Source: the human T2T-CHM13v2.0 reference genome, Homo sapiens
Assembly: GCF_009914755.1 (NCBI RefSeq)
Contig: NC_060942.1
Strand: one strand, 5' to 3'
Length of the DNA stretch: 64,000 nt
Shown here piece by piece: positions 33,433 through 50,295 of this stretch. Under the pieces are notes generated by a model. That model worked only from the letters and a program-made list of their open reading frames with translations. It searched no databases and was not told where the DNA came from. Every line of letters starts with the position of its first letter. Position 1 is the stretch's first letter. The translations under genes and the position numbers were made by a program.

Positions 33433-34486
33433 TAATCATCATGTTAAGCTTCATTAAAAGAATGAGTTTTTGTGAATATTTAGTCCAAAATATACCTGGA
33501 AATGGGAACCACTTTTGATGTAAGACCAAGGTAGAAGTCCACATGATTTCTCCTTGGAAAGAAACAAGAATTTCAAATTATTGGTTTAATGTGACCAACA
33601 TTTTTGAGTAAATCTGTCAAATATTCCTCATCTTAAAAAAAGCACAAGATATGAAGGTGATGAAAACTAAACAAAATATAATCCTGGCAGGAATTCTATG
33701 TTAAAAAAAAGAAAATATTTAGCAGTACTGTGTATACTGCCTGAACTGGTGAGACCCTAATATAAATTTGGAAAGATTCAAATTTGTTTTCTTTCCCCTG
33801 ACATATTTTTTAAAAGTTTGAGAGAATCCTCCAATAACTCTTTATCCCACCAGCAAATTACAGAGCTATAGAATGAAGACTATCTGCCCACACATAAGAT
33901 CTGAACGTAATAATATATTTTACTTAGTCGCTTGATTGACTTAAGCAGATTGATGCTTATAAAGCCTGGATGCATGTGCTAATTTTTCAAGTGGCACATT
34001 TTACAGAGAGGATTTGTGTTTGCTTCTGCCAAAACATGGTTTCACAGTAACTCGGTTCTCAAATACTAGGACGGAGATTCGTTGAAGCATGCCATTAAAA
34101 AAAATTGATTTTACACTTTTCCGCCCACCTTTTTCACAACAGCACAGCAAAACCTAGCTTCTTTCCCCAAACTCCTCCTTCCCCTCCAACTTCATGCCTT
34201 GCCTTCCACAGGCCTGCCTGTGCCCCGCTGGCTGTGCTCCTGGCAAGAACTGTTTTCCTCCCACTGTCACTGCTTTTTAAAATGAGACGCATTCTGCAGC
34301 ATTCTTTCTCTCTTCATCTCCCTTCTCTTCCTCAATTCTATTTCTGGATGAGTACATTGGCACATGTTTTTATTGTCAGGTTACACTTTCCCCCTGGTCA
34401 AAGAGAGGATGAATATGAAAGGGAGCCTCCTACATATTATTTATATTTCAAGTCTAATACAGAGGTTCTCAATGTATTGTTCATAG

Positions 34487-35387
<901 letters not shown>

Positions 35388-35828
35388 TAAGTGTGAGCAT
35401 TTCACTGCCTCCCCTTCCAAGATTAGAGTTTTTGGACAAGAAAAAAAGCAAGTCTGAGAGCAAACAGCCACTCCAAGCTACTCAATGCCATAACCAAAAA
35501 AAGCAATATATCTCTAGTCTTCACCTTTTCAGAATTTATCTCACCAACCCTGGGGTCTCTTAAGTCACAAAGGACGAGAGGATGAATGACTATCTTATTT
35601 CTGTTGAAACAGGTTATAGAATGTTTGTAGTCCATCCCAGAAATGAGGCTGAGTTTTGGAGTGAGGACTTTGTTAACTTTCACTTGCAGAGCATTTGTTT
35701 GTTGAGAGTTTTAACAGTTGGATTAGGTTTGACTGAATATTACAGAAAACTCAAAATGCTAGTAATTCCAGTGGTTAAATGAGACTCAAGTTCCTTTTTC
35801 TCTTACATACAAGGCCAGAGGCAGGCAG

Positions 35829-36545
35829 TTGTTGATGAAAAGAGTCAAACTCTGTAAAAGATTTGAAGATATTTATTCTGAGCCAGTATGAGTGACCATG
35901 GCCTGTGACACAACCCTAAGGAGATTCTGAGAACATGTGCCCAAGGTGGTCGGGGTGCAGCTTGGTTTTATACGTTTTAGGGAGGCATGAGACATCAATC
36001 AAATACATTTAAGAAATACATTGGTTTTGTTCAGAAAGGCGGGACAACTCAAAGTGGGGGCTTCTAGGCTACAAGTAAATTTAAACATTTTCTGGCAGAC
36101 AATTGGTTGAGTTTATCTAAAGACCTGGTACTGATAGAAAGGAATGTTCAGGTTGAGATAAAGGATTGTGGAGACCAGGTTTTATTGTGCAGAGGAAGCT
36201 CTCAGATAGCAGACTTCAGAAAGAACAGGTTGTAAATTGTATCTTATCGGGCTTAAAAAGGTGCCTGGCTCTTAGTTGATTATCTCCTAGATCTGGGAAG
36301 GAAGGAAGAAAAACAAAGGGGAGAGGGGATTCTCCATAGAATGTGGATTTTTTCCACAAGAGGCTTTGCAGGACAATTTCAAGGTATGGCAAGGAAATAT
36401 ATTTTGGGGTAAAACATTTTGATTTTCTTCCTTGTTATGCCAGCATCAGATTGGAAAGTAAGTCACGATATACAGGGCTAAATAAAACCCATATGATGAG
36501 GATTTATGGTTTGTAGGGCATGACTCCCCAGATCGTTTAGAAAGG
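35829..36545 (-). mobile_element. MER4-family ERV1 LTR inserted in an older MLT1 (~35740-36900)
   Basis: Reverse complement of the MER4 end (GGCTCAGAATAAA..CTTCAAA..TTTACAGAGTTTGACTCTTTTC..CA); MLT1 motif aggctgggaaatgtagtc downstream. Confidence 0.75.
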
Positions 36546-37111
36546 GGTCAATGATTGGGGTAGTGGCTCCATGATTGTCAGGGGCCCTGGCTCCATATTC
36601 TTTCCGCCCTGCCATCTTGAATGAAGCACTTCCTAGTATAAAACAGCTGCTTAAGTTCTCAGCATCATATCCAAATTCCAGCCAGCAGAAAGGAGGAAGG
36701 GCTTCCTTTGAGGGAATGTTCTAGAAGTTACACATAATTTTTGCTTACATCCAGTGACTGATACCTAGTCACATGACCATCTCTAGTTGCAAGGGAGGCT
36801 GGGAAATGTAGTCTTTATTTTGGATGGCCATGAACCCAGCTGAAAACCAGGAATAAACACACTAAGGGAGAGAGTTAGGGGCAATTAGCAGTCTCTGCCT
36901 CAGGGGTCCAATTTTAAGGGCCATAGGCCACACCTACACCACTTCTGGCTTTCCAGGTCTATCTCAGAAATTGTAGCCTGAAGTTTTTTGTTTTGTTTTT
37001 TGGCCAGTTCTGCTGATAGACTTACCTTCTTTTTCCCTCACTTCTAATTAGATTCAACAACTACAATAAATCAAGTGGCTCTCTGGGGTGCCGAGGAAGT
37101 TTTAAATGGCT

Positions 37112-37423
37112 TATTATTATTTTTTGAGATGGAGTCTCACTGTGTCACCCAGGCTGGAGTGCAGTGGTGCAATCTTGGCTCACTGCAACCTTTGCTTCCC
37201 GGGTTCAAGTGATTCTTTTGCCTCACCCTCCTGAGTAGCTGAGACTACAGGTGTGCACCACCACATCTGGCTAATTTTTGTGTATATATATATATATTTT
37301 TAAGCAGAGACAGGGTTTCACTGTGTTGGCCAGGCTGGTCTCAAACTCCTGACCTTAGGTTATCCATCCTCCTCAGCCTCCCAAAGGGCTAGGATTACAG
37401 GTGTGAGCCACTGCACCCAGCCG
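37112..37423 (-). mobile_element. AluS with (TA)n in the linker
   Basis: gcttatta on both flanks. Confidence 0.9.
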
Positions 37424-40400
37424 CTTATTAATTCTTTACATTCTTCCATGCAACTCACTTTGGAGACTTCTGAGGTTGCGAGTGCCACATTCTGAAACTA
37501 CTTGTGATTATCTGAAAGACAGCACCTTGACTTGGAGCTCTCAGACAGAACATGAAGCAAAGCACTCTTTGTAGTGGAAAAAATGGCTTGCTGTGATAAA
37601 AGGTAGCTCTTTGGAGTCTTTAATAGTATTTAAAAGTATGAAAAGGTGTAGATTGAGATCAAAAAGTTTGAGAACTGCTGAGATACGTACTTACTAATGA
37701 ATCAATCGCTGTAGCCAAGACTTCTCTAACAACTGAAATTCACATTCATTCATTTACGTAATAACTGTTCACCTACTGTGTTCTAGGCACTGCTGGGCAT
37801 CAAAGATACCATGTAAATAGGCCTGAGTCATACACATGTCCAAATCTTGGAAGTGGGATATCCCAACCCTATCAAATGGGTTCCCCAAAGAAATGATAGA
37901 TTTACTGTTATCTTTTTACCAGAAAGAAGAATTGTTGGGTAGTCAACAATAACAGAGATACCCTTATCCCACAGTAGATACTATGTTTGTTGATGAAACT
38001 CAAATTCTCTAATTCATTTTAGTGGAATTTACTGAGTTGGCCAATGAGGTGGGGGAAGTAGTCCCATTTCACCCATGTCACTTTTATTGAAGGCCAGAAA
38101 GAATGGGGAGAAGCTGATATTAATGGGGCCTGGTAGTATAGAAGGGGTCCTGAAGAGAATTCCACGTTAACATTTTTAGCTTGTTGGAGCTTGAAACATT
38201 CTTTCCATTAGGGCCCAAACCTAATCCTAGTGCTTTTTGCCTGTGGCCATGGGGAGAGTCAGGCAACAACTTTGCCAAATCCCCAGATAAATATTAATAG
38301 AAGATTAACCCACTAACGATTTCCAGAGGAAAGACCTTGCCCAGAAATGGCTGTGAAGGCTGCAGAATTCAGCTTCCTCCACCAATACTGGGCCCATGAG
38401 TAAGAAAGGAAAATGAAGAGTGAAAAACAGAGACAGAGCATTGATTTCATTTCATCCAAAGTGTCTGGCTCTGGTTTCTCCAGCACAGAGCCCATTCTAT
38501 AAAATGGCAATTGTTGTAGAAAGGGAGATGGCTCAGAACTTCCCCTCAAGGGAATGTTGTTTGCAACCCAAGTGGATACTGGACTGTGACCTCTACCTCA
38601 GAATAGATAGCACTTTCATTCAATAACAAGCAAGTGATTTTTTTCTTACTAAATTCATGCAATTTTGTTTTTTTGCTATTTCTTCTTTTTTGTTTACTTA
38701 TTGATGTTTTTTGTTTTTAACTCATGCAATTTTGAAAGACTTATTAAAGATATTTTTATTCCTACATCCATACAGAAGTGGAGGAAATATTATCATTGTC
38801 TTAGTCTGTTGGGGCTGCTACAACAAAATACTATAAACTGGGTAGCTTTTACAATTATCAACACACATGCAATATTGTTTTATCTATACTACCACCCCAT
38901 CCCTTACCCTGTGAGATTATTTTAGAGAGATCATGTAAAAGACATCTTTTAAATACTTATTCTTAAAAGATTTTCAAAATCATAAAATACATATAGAGTG
39001 TTTTAATGCTGTTAGGAACAGATCTCCACAAGCTTACAAATCAGAATTAGATAAAACTGGCTAAAACAACCATTTTCCATTTTTCCCTCCCACACCTCTC
39101 TCCACCTGCCCCTGAATGAGTCATCTCAATCAAGAATAATTATGGAGATAATTTGGACATCCCCTATGCCAACAGCGTAATTTGATTATTGGCCCAAGGT
39201 CAAAGAATTGTGACTCTGCAAACAAATCCACACATGCATGTGTTTCTCCCTCCCATTTTGAAACCAAATGACCCCAACATTTGGTTTGCTATGAACATCT
39301 TTCACTTTTCACTCTCCCATGGCATTTGAAGGAAATCTTTTTCCTGTGTCTGGATTTCCTCACATGCATTCCCTGAGGAATTTCATTAGTTGTGAAATAC
39401 CAGAATGTTTACAGCAGAGACATTTTTCTTCTGAGAATGGAGTTCAGAGTTCTGACGGATGGTGGTAACAACAATAGGATGCTGTATCTCAAAAGGATAA
39501 AATAACGTGTCTAAAATTTCAGATCCACAGCTTTGTGGGCACTTGCATTGAACCCATGCAAACTTAAAAGATAAGAAAAGATACACTTCCATGTAAAAAT
39601 AAAAATAATTGAAGTAAAACCCCAAGTCACTATAATGTAGACTTGAAAGTCCTAGTTTAAAAAAATGCATCTCATCCCTAACTGATTTACTGAACAGTGT
39701 AAATGAGTTGGGCATCAAAACCGGATTTAACTTTTGATGAATTCACCCTCTCTTTTTTGGCTGTGGCTCCCTTCATGAAATCCTGCCCAAATTTTAACTT
39801 TCTAGGCACCTTTGAGATTTAAGACCAAGACCTGTTCATTATTAGAACCTGAGCCTTGAACTTGATTTAAAGCTTGGCTCTTCCCTGCTCCCAACCCCAG
39901 GGGGGCTGGGGCTGTGGGCCTGGCTGTTTGGAAGGAAGCAAAGGTCTGGTTCTGACACTCCTCTACCTCCTGCTTAACTGCCTCTGCTAATTCAAGCTTT
40001 TAGAGGGATGGCAAGAGGCTGGAAGAAAAGGGCCAGCTTTGGTGGCTGTGCACACATCAGAGTAAGGAACGGTCCCTGGCATTGGGTCCCTGCCTCTCCT
40101 TTCCCCTCTGTGTTCCTTCATTTTCACACATCAGGGAGTAGATGGTTGCCTCACCTTCCTCTCAGGCACAATATCCACAATCCCTTGAAGCCCTGTGAAA
40201 GAGGCTACTCCCACCAGGCCTCTGACTTCATCGGAACAAGTGTTATCTCTATGAATAAGTATGTCCCGTCTTTTCAGGGCATACATGCCAAGCACGCCTT
40301 TCTCCTTCCCCATGGTCATGGGGAGGTCTAGTGAAGAGGAGACTCTTGGATCATCCTCCCAAGAATGCTTGTGGCAGGTCTTGCTTCAGGGGCAAACAAC

Positions 40401-40738
40401 ATAGACCTGGCACACATCCAGCCAGAGAACATGCTGCCCTCTTACATTATTAAGGCACCCCAAGTTGTTATGAGTAAACTTTTGGAGCCCCCTCTCACTT
40501 GGCTTTAGGGATGGGTACCTCTCCCCTAGCCACACTCTAAGTAGGGACAGACTTGTCATCAAGAATACTGTATTTTCTGTAAGGCTGTCTACATCTCCCT
40601 CAACCCGGTCCTCTTCTCCCACAGCTGGGGTCAGGTGGGAGAGGCACAGTTCTGAACAGGAGCTGCTCACTAAGCTCCCTGGGGAGGTGGCAGCTCTCAA
40701 ACTATTTGATGGTGCTCACTTAAGAACATGGGGATGCT

Positions 40739-41031
40739 GGCTGGGCACAGTGGCTCACGCCTGTAATCCCAGCACTTTGGGAGGCCGAAGTGGGTGGATC
40801 ATGAGGTCAGGAGATTGATACCATCCTGAACAAAATGGTGAAACCCAGTCTCTACTAAAATACAAAAACTTAGCTGGGTGTGGTGGCGCACACCTGTATT
40901 CCCAGCTACTCAGGAGGCTAAGGCAGGGGAATCGCTTGAACGGGAGACGGAGGTTTCAGTGAGCCAAGATCGTGCCACTGCACTCCAGCCTAGTGACAGA
41001 GCAAGACTCCGTCTCAAAAAGAAAAAAAAAA
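40739..41031 (+). mobile_element. AluSc-like
   Basis: TSD aagaacatggggatgc. Confidence 0.9.
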
Positions 41032-44000
41032 AAGAACATGGGGATGCCTAGTGCATTTTGCCCTCAGCTTTGAGTCTAAAACACAATTTTGGTTCAATAG
41101 GAAAATTCCACTTCCTGGGCAGGACTTGCAGGTTGTGAAACCCACATATCTACGCTCATAGATACTGAGCGTAGAGGAGGGAATAGGAGACCTATTAGAG
41201 GCTGTCTCTTATTGGCCAGTATGCAAAGTCACTTGCTTTTCCTTAAGAAGGGTAAAAACCAGAATAGGGGGTATCAAGGATGAAGAATCCAGTTGCAAAT
41301 TGTAAAATAAAGATTGCTCAGCAAACTTCTGTAAGGAAAAAGAAATAAAAAGGAGATGGGGCTTCAGTATGTACCAGTACAGATCTGTGACTTCATTCAC
41401 TAGATTATAATCTATGTATAAATAAATGTACAATCCCATTAAGACAGGGACAAGTGCTGACCATAGTATATGAGAGCATTCAATACATATCTGTTAAATA
41501 ACTAAGTGAATGGAAGTAACTGAGGGCCACTGGTGGCTGTATCTTTAGCAACCGCTTGCTTTCTGTTAACATCTTCTGAGCACTTAATATGCACCAAGTA
41601 CTGCTGTAGGTCTCCAGCAACTATGAAGATAGTTAACTCTTGTCCTTAAGTAGTTTGTGACTAAGGGTAGGAGACAGATTGGCACAACTGCCTACAAATA
41701 AAACCTCCAGATTCCATTTGGGAGAAAGCAAGGACCCTGTCTTTGAAGTCAGAAAGGAGTGGGAAATGGGGAAGCCCCTGGTACAGCTAGCTCCTACCTG
41801 GACACAGCCCTGATCCAAACTGTTCCAAATGAGGTGGAATTCACGTCTTCATGTTCCCTAGTATGATGCGAGGGTCACCCAGCTAGTAATGGAAGTGACT
41901 CAAAAACCATGAAATTCACAATGATGGTGGTGGAGAGACCATTCATTGTATTACAGGAGAAGGTGCTTTTGAGAGAACAAAGCTCCTGGGTTGTTTCAGC
42001 TTATTTTACAATTCCACCCTCTTCCCTGGAATCTAGCTATGCCCAAGTTTAGCTCTGAGATTAATTCTATCTTCCTCCTCATTATATTTCACATATTCCC
42101 TCAAAATTGCTTTGTTTGGGCCTTAATATGGAGTCAAGTGACTAACTTCTCCATGTACCTGCTGGTTAATGGATGAACCTACTCTTGTAACTGAAAGCTG
42201 TAACCTGAGTGAATGGTACCTAAGCAGTGGAATGCGTGGTGAGAATTTCAGACTTGAGGCAGACACTGGAAGGATTGTCAATTGCAACAAGTTTCCTCAG
42301 GCCCCTTCCATGCAGCCAGGATCCCTCACACCATCCTTTTATCCCCGAGGGACCCCAGAGCAAATTTCTCCTGAGAATAGTACTCAGATTTCTTGGCCTC
42401 AGTGGGGACTTCTGGAATCAAGTAAAAGGCATGAAAGAAACTGAAGTGCCTGAGGGAGGGATGCCTGTGTACCTCTTTGCAAGATAAGTGTGTGTGTGTG
42501 GGGTGAGGGTAGTATAGCAGCAGCCCCCAGTACCATCTGACCACAGATAAGCTACCAAGGTGAAACTGTGAGTCCAGTAATCACGGGATTAGCAGAGGAA
42601 GGCTTAGATGCAATGAAGTTGCTGATTACTCCACAAAGACTTAGCAAGAAAAGTTCTCTACACAGATCACAGATTTTATCCTTGGTAGAAAGGTGCCTAT
42701 GTAGCTGGAAAAGCCAATAAATACCTGGGGGCTAACTTCATTTATTTGGAACACACATAATCTCAGCAACCCAAAGACCTTCATCCCACTTCATGTGAAT
42801 ATTGACATGCAAAGTCTGTGTCAATCTGGCTGGTAGTATTGGATCTCAGTGGTCAATAGCCACATAGAATAAGCCCTGAAGGAAAAATGTATTTGGCTGG
42901 TATTCTTGGAAGGCTCTTTTGAAGGGACCACTTTTTGAAATGTTTTCCAGCTGTTATTTCCTTTCTGAATAATCTGAGCCTAATTCGATTTGTGCACCTT
43001 TTTCTTTTCCAGAAGGCAAATTACCCGCCTATGAGTAGTTGTGTATATGATCTGCTGGTTTTGGCTGAGAGTTTTACAGAACTGTAAATAAATGACCCTG
43101 TCAGTACATGGGAGAAGTGTTCCTTTCACATTACATGGTCCTGCAATTACATGGTATGATGGCAGTTAGTAAGATTCTGTGTATCATCTCCAGAGCCCTG
43201 GGGTAAAAAGGTCTATAGCCATGTCCAAGATGGGTTGGGGCAGATCCAGCAGATTACGTTACTGTGAGGGGGTGGTGGGGAACACAGCCAAGAACGTCCA
43301 TGGGTTACATTTTTTTTAAACCCAACAAAACTTGACTTTGGAAACTGTTCTGTCCACATACATCACAAAAACTATTTGTAAAGCAAAAAATGACTATAGA
43401 TACAACTCTCCCTCTGATTTAATCATTTTTCCCACCCAGCTCTCATCCCCAGTGTGGTTGTGATGCTACAGACAGAAGAGGATAAGAAGCCACAGAAAAC
43501 AGGCTGGAGGAGAAGTGCGGATTCAGCACATAAGTTGTCACTTCGCCAGAATCGATGAGAATCAGGAGTCCCTGAATCGCCTGGGGATGCTGGTGAAAGC
43601 GACACCATGCGGGAACAGGTGAATGAAGCTTACCTGGGTCAACGTGCTGCATGGACGTCATTTCTGCCCTCCCACCTGGGGAACCAGCCTCCAAAATATT
43701 AGCAACTTGAGGCAAGGCCAGGGCCCATGCTGGGGAGGGAGTCACCTTCCCAGTCTCCCTACCCAGAATCTCCCTCCAGACATCTTCTTCCCCTGTAGCA
43801 GCTATCAACTTGTTGCCTGCTAACATGTTAATGGAGAGGTAAGGCTTAAGATGTGCCATTTCCCAGGGAAACTATGTTTTAAATCATCAAAGACATAGGG
43901 ATTAAATAATTGAGACATAATAGCCATATGTGAATTCCTGATGCTTGTCAGAGTTCTAAATTAATCTAATTTTCTCCTGCTCCCATCTAAAGTCCAGAAC

Positions 44001-44218
44001 ACACGCTCCTGTGGGAGGGAAGACTTTGCTACTCACGGTGTGGTTCCCAAACAGCAGCACTGAAGGCAAACCTCAGACCCCTGAATCAGAATCTTCACTG
44101 TCATAAAATCCTCAGATGGTTCCTATGCACAAAGAAGTTTGAGAACATCAGTCTAAGCAAGTGGTTTTCAAACTGTGGGCTGCTACCCGAGAAGTCAATT
44201 TAGTGGTTGTGACCAGGA

Positions 44219-44524
44219 CTTTTTTTTTTTTTTTTTTTAAGATGGGGTCTCACTCTGTTGCCCAGGATGGAGTGTAGTGACACAGATCAGAGCTCACTGC
44301 AGCCTTGAACTCCTGGGCTCAAGTGATCCTTCTGCCTCAGCCTCCTGAGTGGCTAAGACCATAGATGTGCACCCAGGTATTTTTTTTTTTCTTTTAGTTT
44401 TGTAGGGCTACGCAGGGTCTCACTTTGTTGCCCAAGCTGGTCTTGAACTGCTGGCTTCAAGCAATCCTCCTGCCTCAGTCTCTTAAAGTGCTGGGATTTT
44501 AGGTATGAGCCACTGTGCCCAGCC
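44219..44524 (-). mobile_element. AluJ within hAT/MER-type DNA transposon remnants (~44035-44700)
   Basis: J-type reverse Alu; cagtggttttcaaact and agtttgagaa motifs. Confidence 0.75.
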
Positions 44525-44999
44525 AGAATTTTTTTTAAAAAGCAAATTGCACAGAGAAAATGAGAGTGCACCCAATGTAGTAAAGGTAAATATTGTAAAA
44601 CATGTCTCAATTGCATATGGATACATTTGAATGTTGTATCACCGCGTAAAATATGTTTTCCCAGTGGGTCATTGTCAAAAACATTTGAAGCCTGCTGATC
44701 TTATGACATGGCTGGTTATTTACATATCAAGGCAGTCTATGTTTTATTCTTTAACAAAGTTCACCCATCAGATTAATATTTGCAGCTCATTAATTTAATC
44801 TCTATGCAAAGACACTTGAATTAAAACATGCCTTCTAATGTTCCCTTACTTCTAGCATGAAGCTTTATAAGAAATATATGTTGATCTGTGACTAATAAAG
44901 ATTTACCATATTCTTTCTAGAAAAGAACCTTTCCTGAACAATAGCATGTTTTTTATTAGCTAATGTTATTTAACCTATTTTTTTTTTTAGTTTTGACTC

Positions 45000-45375
45000 T
45001 GATATGGTTAAGCTTTGTGTCCTCATCCAAATCTCATATTGAATTGTAATCCCCATAATCCCCACGTGTCAAGGGAGAGACCAGGTGGAGATAACTGAAT
45101 CATGGGGGGAGGTTTCCCTCATGCTGTTATTGTGATAGTGAGTTCTCATGAGATCTGATGGTTTTATAAAGGAGTCTTCTCACTTTGCTCAGCATTTCTC
45201 CTTCCTGCCACCTTGTGAAGAAGATGCCTTGCTTCCCTTTCGCCTTCCGCCGTGATTGTGAGTTTCCTAAGGCCTCCCCAACCATGCTGAACTGTGAGTC
45301 AATTAAGCCCCTTTCCTTTATAAATTACCCAGTCTCAGGCAGTTCTTTATAGCAGTAGGAAAACAGACAAATACA
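45000..45375 (+). mobile_element. MST (MSTA-like) solo LTR
   Basis: TGATATGGTT...AATACA termini; 5-bp TSD gactc at 44995-44999 and 45376-45380. Confidence 0.9.
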
Positions 45376-45414
45376 GACTCCCAGTTATTTTGGGGCCATA
45401 TCGAATACTAAGTA

Positions 45415-45790
45415 CAGTTGACCCTTGAACAGCATGGGTTGGAACTGGGTGCATCCACTTATACGTGGACTTCCTTCTGCCTCTGCCACCGGAGACAGAG
45501 ACCAATCCCTCCTCTTCTTCCTCAGCCTCAGCCTCAACCTACTCAACCTGAAGACGAGGATGAATATCTTTACGATGATCCACTTCCACTTAATAGTAAA
45601 TATATTTTATGATTTTAATAACATTTTCTCTAGCTTATTTTTGAAGAACATAGCATATAATACCTATAAAATACTTGTGTCAATCAACTTTATTATTGGT
45701 AAGGCTTCTGATCAATAGTAAGGTGTTAGTAGTTATGTTTTTGGGGAGTCAAAAGTTATCTGCAGATTTTTGACTGCATGGGGTGTTAGG
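45415..45790 (+). mobile_element. Tigger2-family DNA transposon remnant
   Basis: TA|CAGTTGACCCTTGAACA TIR start. Confidence 0.75.
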
Positions 45791-46241
45791 AATCAACTAT
45801 AACAGTGATTATATTAGTATCATTCTTCTTTTATTATTTTCCATTAACATCTTAATAGTTTTACTATATACTTGTTAGCCACCTCATAGCAGGAGGTCAG
45901 AAAGGTTGTCAACCCAGCATAGATTAGAAAATTGGATGGTGGGAAACAAAAGGCCCTGTGTCTGGACAATTTTCTTGTGACTTTCTGCACCATGGAGGCC
46001 CATTCTGTGAAGTCACATGTGATTCCAAAGTGGGAGAGAATGTGGAGCTGAGTGTCTGTGCTATGTTTATCTGATGGGATTAAACCAGCACAGCGCATTA
46101 ATGTTCTGAAATACACCTGCGTGTTATGAATGTTTACCTCTTAGGATATGTATACATTGAGGATACCAAAAGTACCTACCTTACAGGATTTTGAGAAGAC
46201 TAAATGCATTAACTGAATTAAATTCACTATATAAATATTCA

Positions 46242-46673
<432 letters not shown>

Positions 46674-46717
46674 TCACAGTATCAATTCTCATAGTGCAGA
46701 CAGTCAACGAACAAGTA

Positions 46718-47285
46718 CAGTCATGCATCAATTAACAACAGGGATACATTCTGAGAAATGTCTCATTAGGTGTTTCATTGCTGTGTAAACATCATGGGAT
46801 GTACCATTTACACAAACCTAGATGGCATAGCCTGCTACACACCTAGGCTGTATGGTATAACCTATTGCTCATAGGCTATGAACCTGTACAGCATGTTATT
46901 GTATTGAATACCGCAGACAATTATAACACAATGATGAGTATTTGAGTATCTAAAAGGTACAGTACAAATACTGAATAAAGATAAAAAATGGTACACCTGT
47001 ATATGGCACTTACTATGAATGGAGCCTGCAGGACTGGAAGTTGCCGTGGGTGGATGAGTGAGCGGTGAGTGAATGTGAAGGCCTGGGACATTGCTACACT
47101 ACTGTAGACTTTGTAAACACTGTACACTTAGGTTACACCAAATTTATTTAAAAATAAATTATGTTATATAATGGCTATCACATCACTAGGCGAACAAAGT
47201 TTTCAGCTCCCATATAATCTTATGGGTCTACCATTGTACATGCAATCTGCCATTGATTCCAATGTCAAGATTTGGCACCTGACCG
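46718..47285 (+). mobile_element. Tigger3-family DNA transposon remnant
   Basis: TA|CAGTCATGC...GGGATACATTCTGAGAAATG start and TIR-like end followed by TA. Confidence 0.75.
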
Positions 47286-47705
47286 TACACTGCTTCAATA
47301 GTTTCCGAATGCATTTCCCTACTTCCATTCTTATCCCTTCAGCAACTCTCTATGGGTCCACTAGGAAATGCAAAGTCCTCTTGCAGGGCCTTAAGGCCTT
47401 GCCTCGCCCCTGCCTGCCTCTGCATCTCCTACCCCACTTTCCCTCACTTATTCCGTTCCAGCAACATGGGTGGCCCCATTGCTACTCTTTGAGCACACCA
47501 AGCAGATCTGCCTCAGGGTCTGGCTGTAACCTCTGTGTGGATCACTTTCATCTACAGGGTTCACTTCTCCCTTTGTTCAGGCCTCTGCTCATACACCACC
47601 TTTCCAGAAGTCCCCATCTAAAGTACATGCTCCCACCCTCTGTTATTTTTCACTCCTCTACCCTACGTACTTTTCCCCACAGCACTTCTTAGCACTGACA
47701 TATAG

Positions 47706-48086
47706 TGTGGTGGTTAATTTTACTGTCAATTTGGCTGGGCCAAAGCACCCAGATATTTGGTCAAATATTCTAGATGTTTCTATGAATGTACTTTTTAGAT
47801 GAGAGTAACATTTATATTAGTAGACTGAGTAAAGCACATTACCTCCATAATGTGGGTGGGGCTCATCCAATCAGCTAAGGGCGTTAATAGAAAAAGACTG
47901 ACCTTCCAAGCAAGGAGGAATTCTTCTAGCAGGAAGCCTGTGGACTCCAACTGCAATGCCAACTCTTCTGTCTCCAGCCTGCCAGCCTGGCAGATTTTAC
48001 ACTTCCAGATCTACAGTTGCATGAGCCAATTTCTGAAAATAAATCCCTGTCTCTTGGTGCTGTTTCTCAAGAACCATGACTGATAC
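47706..48086 (+). mobile_element. MLT2 LTR inside an L2 remnant (~47300-48200)
   Basis: TGTG.TGGTTAATTTTA..TGTCAA start, GAACC.TGACT.ATACA end. Confidence 0.8.
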
Positions 48087-48280
48087 ATGTATTTCTGTTT
48101 GTCTTCCTGGACCAGAAGCTATGCTCCACCAGTGTAGGAACTTTGTACCATTCAATACTCTCTATCCTCACTGTCAATATGTTTTTGTTGAATGAAGTGA
48201 ATAAGAATTTCAAGTTGGAAAAAAAAATGCTATTAAAGGAAATAAGCAGGATAAAAGTCAATAGGGAGAAAATTTCCTTC

Positions 48281-49035
<755 letters not shown>

Positions 49036-50172
49036 CATCCACCCCTCCACCAGTTCCCCAGATCTTATGATCAAACTGCCATCACCCACACATCTTGGCA
49101 GAGTTGCCTTTTCCTTGTGGACCACCCAGTGGCTGAGCGCCACTTCCCATTTGGCCGTCCTGTAACCCTGCATCTATTCATGAGCAAGGCTGTGGAAATT
49201 TGCACGTGGAGCCGAGCTGGGGTGTTCAAGGTTTTGGGCTTCAAAAGCATAGCGAGCTTTGTCAAAACTGCAGTGTCCTGGTTGAGAAGAAACAAGCCTC
49301 AAATTTTGCTGAGAATCAAGACTGGAACACGTGACGTTATCCATCAGCTGCACAGTGAGATGTCAAGAGGCCATGAGGACTGTAAGTGCTCAACCAGCTT
49401 TTGGTTCATTAAATTAAGGGCTGGAAAAATTATACATGAAGTTGTCTCCCAGATTTCCATGATCTGCTATGTCACCTAGAGCCTTTGTAAAGCTGCTGTC
49501 TGGGAAAGGCTGGAAGGGGCCATGAGGTCCTGTGCAGCTGGCGTGAATGCCGTTGGCTGCTTTGAGCGTGTGGCTCTGGGAAGGAGCGCATCGTGGAGCC
49601 AAGGGTGGGCTCCCCTGGCATGAACCCTTATTGGCTCTTGTAGCGCCCAATACTTCGTAGCTTATTGCGGTTTGTAATCACATATTTATGTGATTATTTT
49701 GTCTGGAAGGATCCTTATCTGTTTTGCCAAAAATCCCCAGCAGGACAGGGATTAAGATGTTTTTGCTCCCAAATGTGTCTGCAGTGCATAGCACAGTGCC
49801 CAGATTGCAATAGGCACTTAAATATTTACTAACTGAAGTGAGATGTATAAATACAGGTGAACTTCAGGACACTAAACACACCCTGCTAAGGGTGGCTAAA
49901 ATCCCTTAGAAATAAGCTCCCATTTTATCCTACGACTCCACTTCCCATATGGCCCAATTGGCAAAAATTTCCCTCCTCTTATCTTTACATAGAAGACTTT
50001 AGCTACCAGTTCATGAGAGTTCCTCCCTCCAACTTTATTTTTAAGGTAATCCACTTTCCCCCCACCCTAAAAGGAAATTTTCTCTTTCTAAAAAGTCTGC
50101 TTTATTCAAAAAGAGGCAGACTGGTTCCTGGGGTTTCTGCCCTTCTAGGGGAAAGTGCCACATTTAATAAAA

Positions 50173-50295
50173 CTTTTTTTTTTTTTTTTAAGGGATGGGG
50201 TCTTGCTATGTTGCCCAGACTGGCCTTGAACTCCCGGGCTCAAGTGATCCTCTCACTCCAGTGTCTGGGACTACAGGCGTGAGCCACTGCATCCC
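50173..50295 (-). mobile_element. FLAM/AluJ monomer; a truncated copy lies at 53046-53128
   Basis: gggtcttgctatgttgcccagactggccttgaactcc. Confidence 0.8.

Noticed and set aside
47171-47692. 173-aa ORF
   Set aside because: It spans Tigger3 and L2 remnants with no coding signature.
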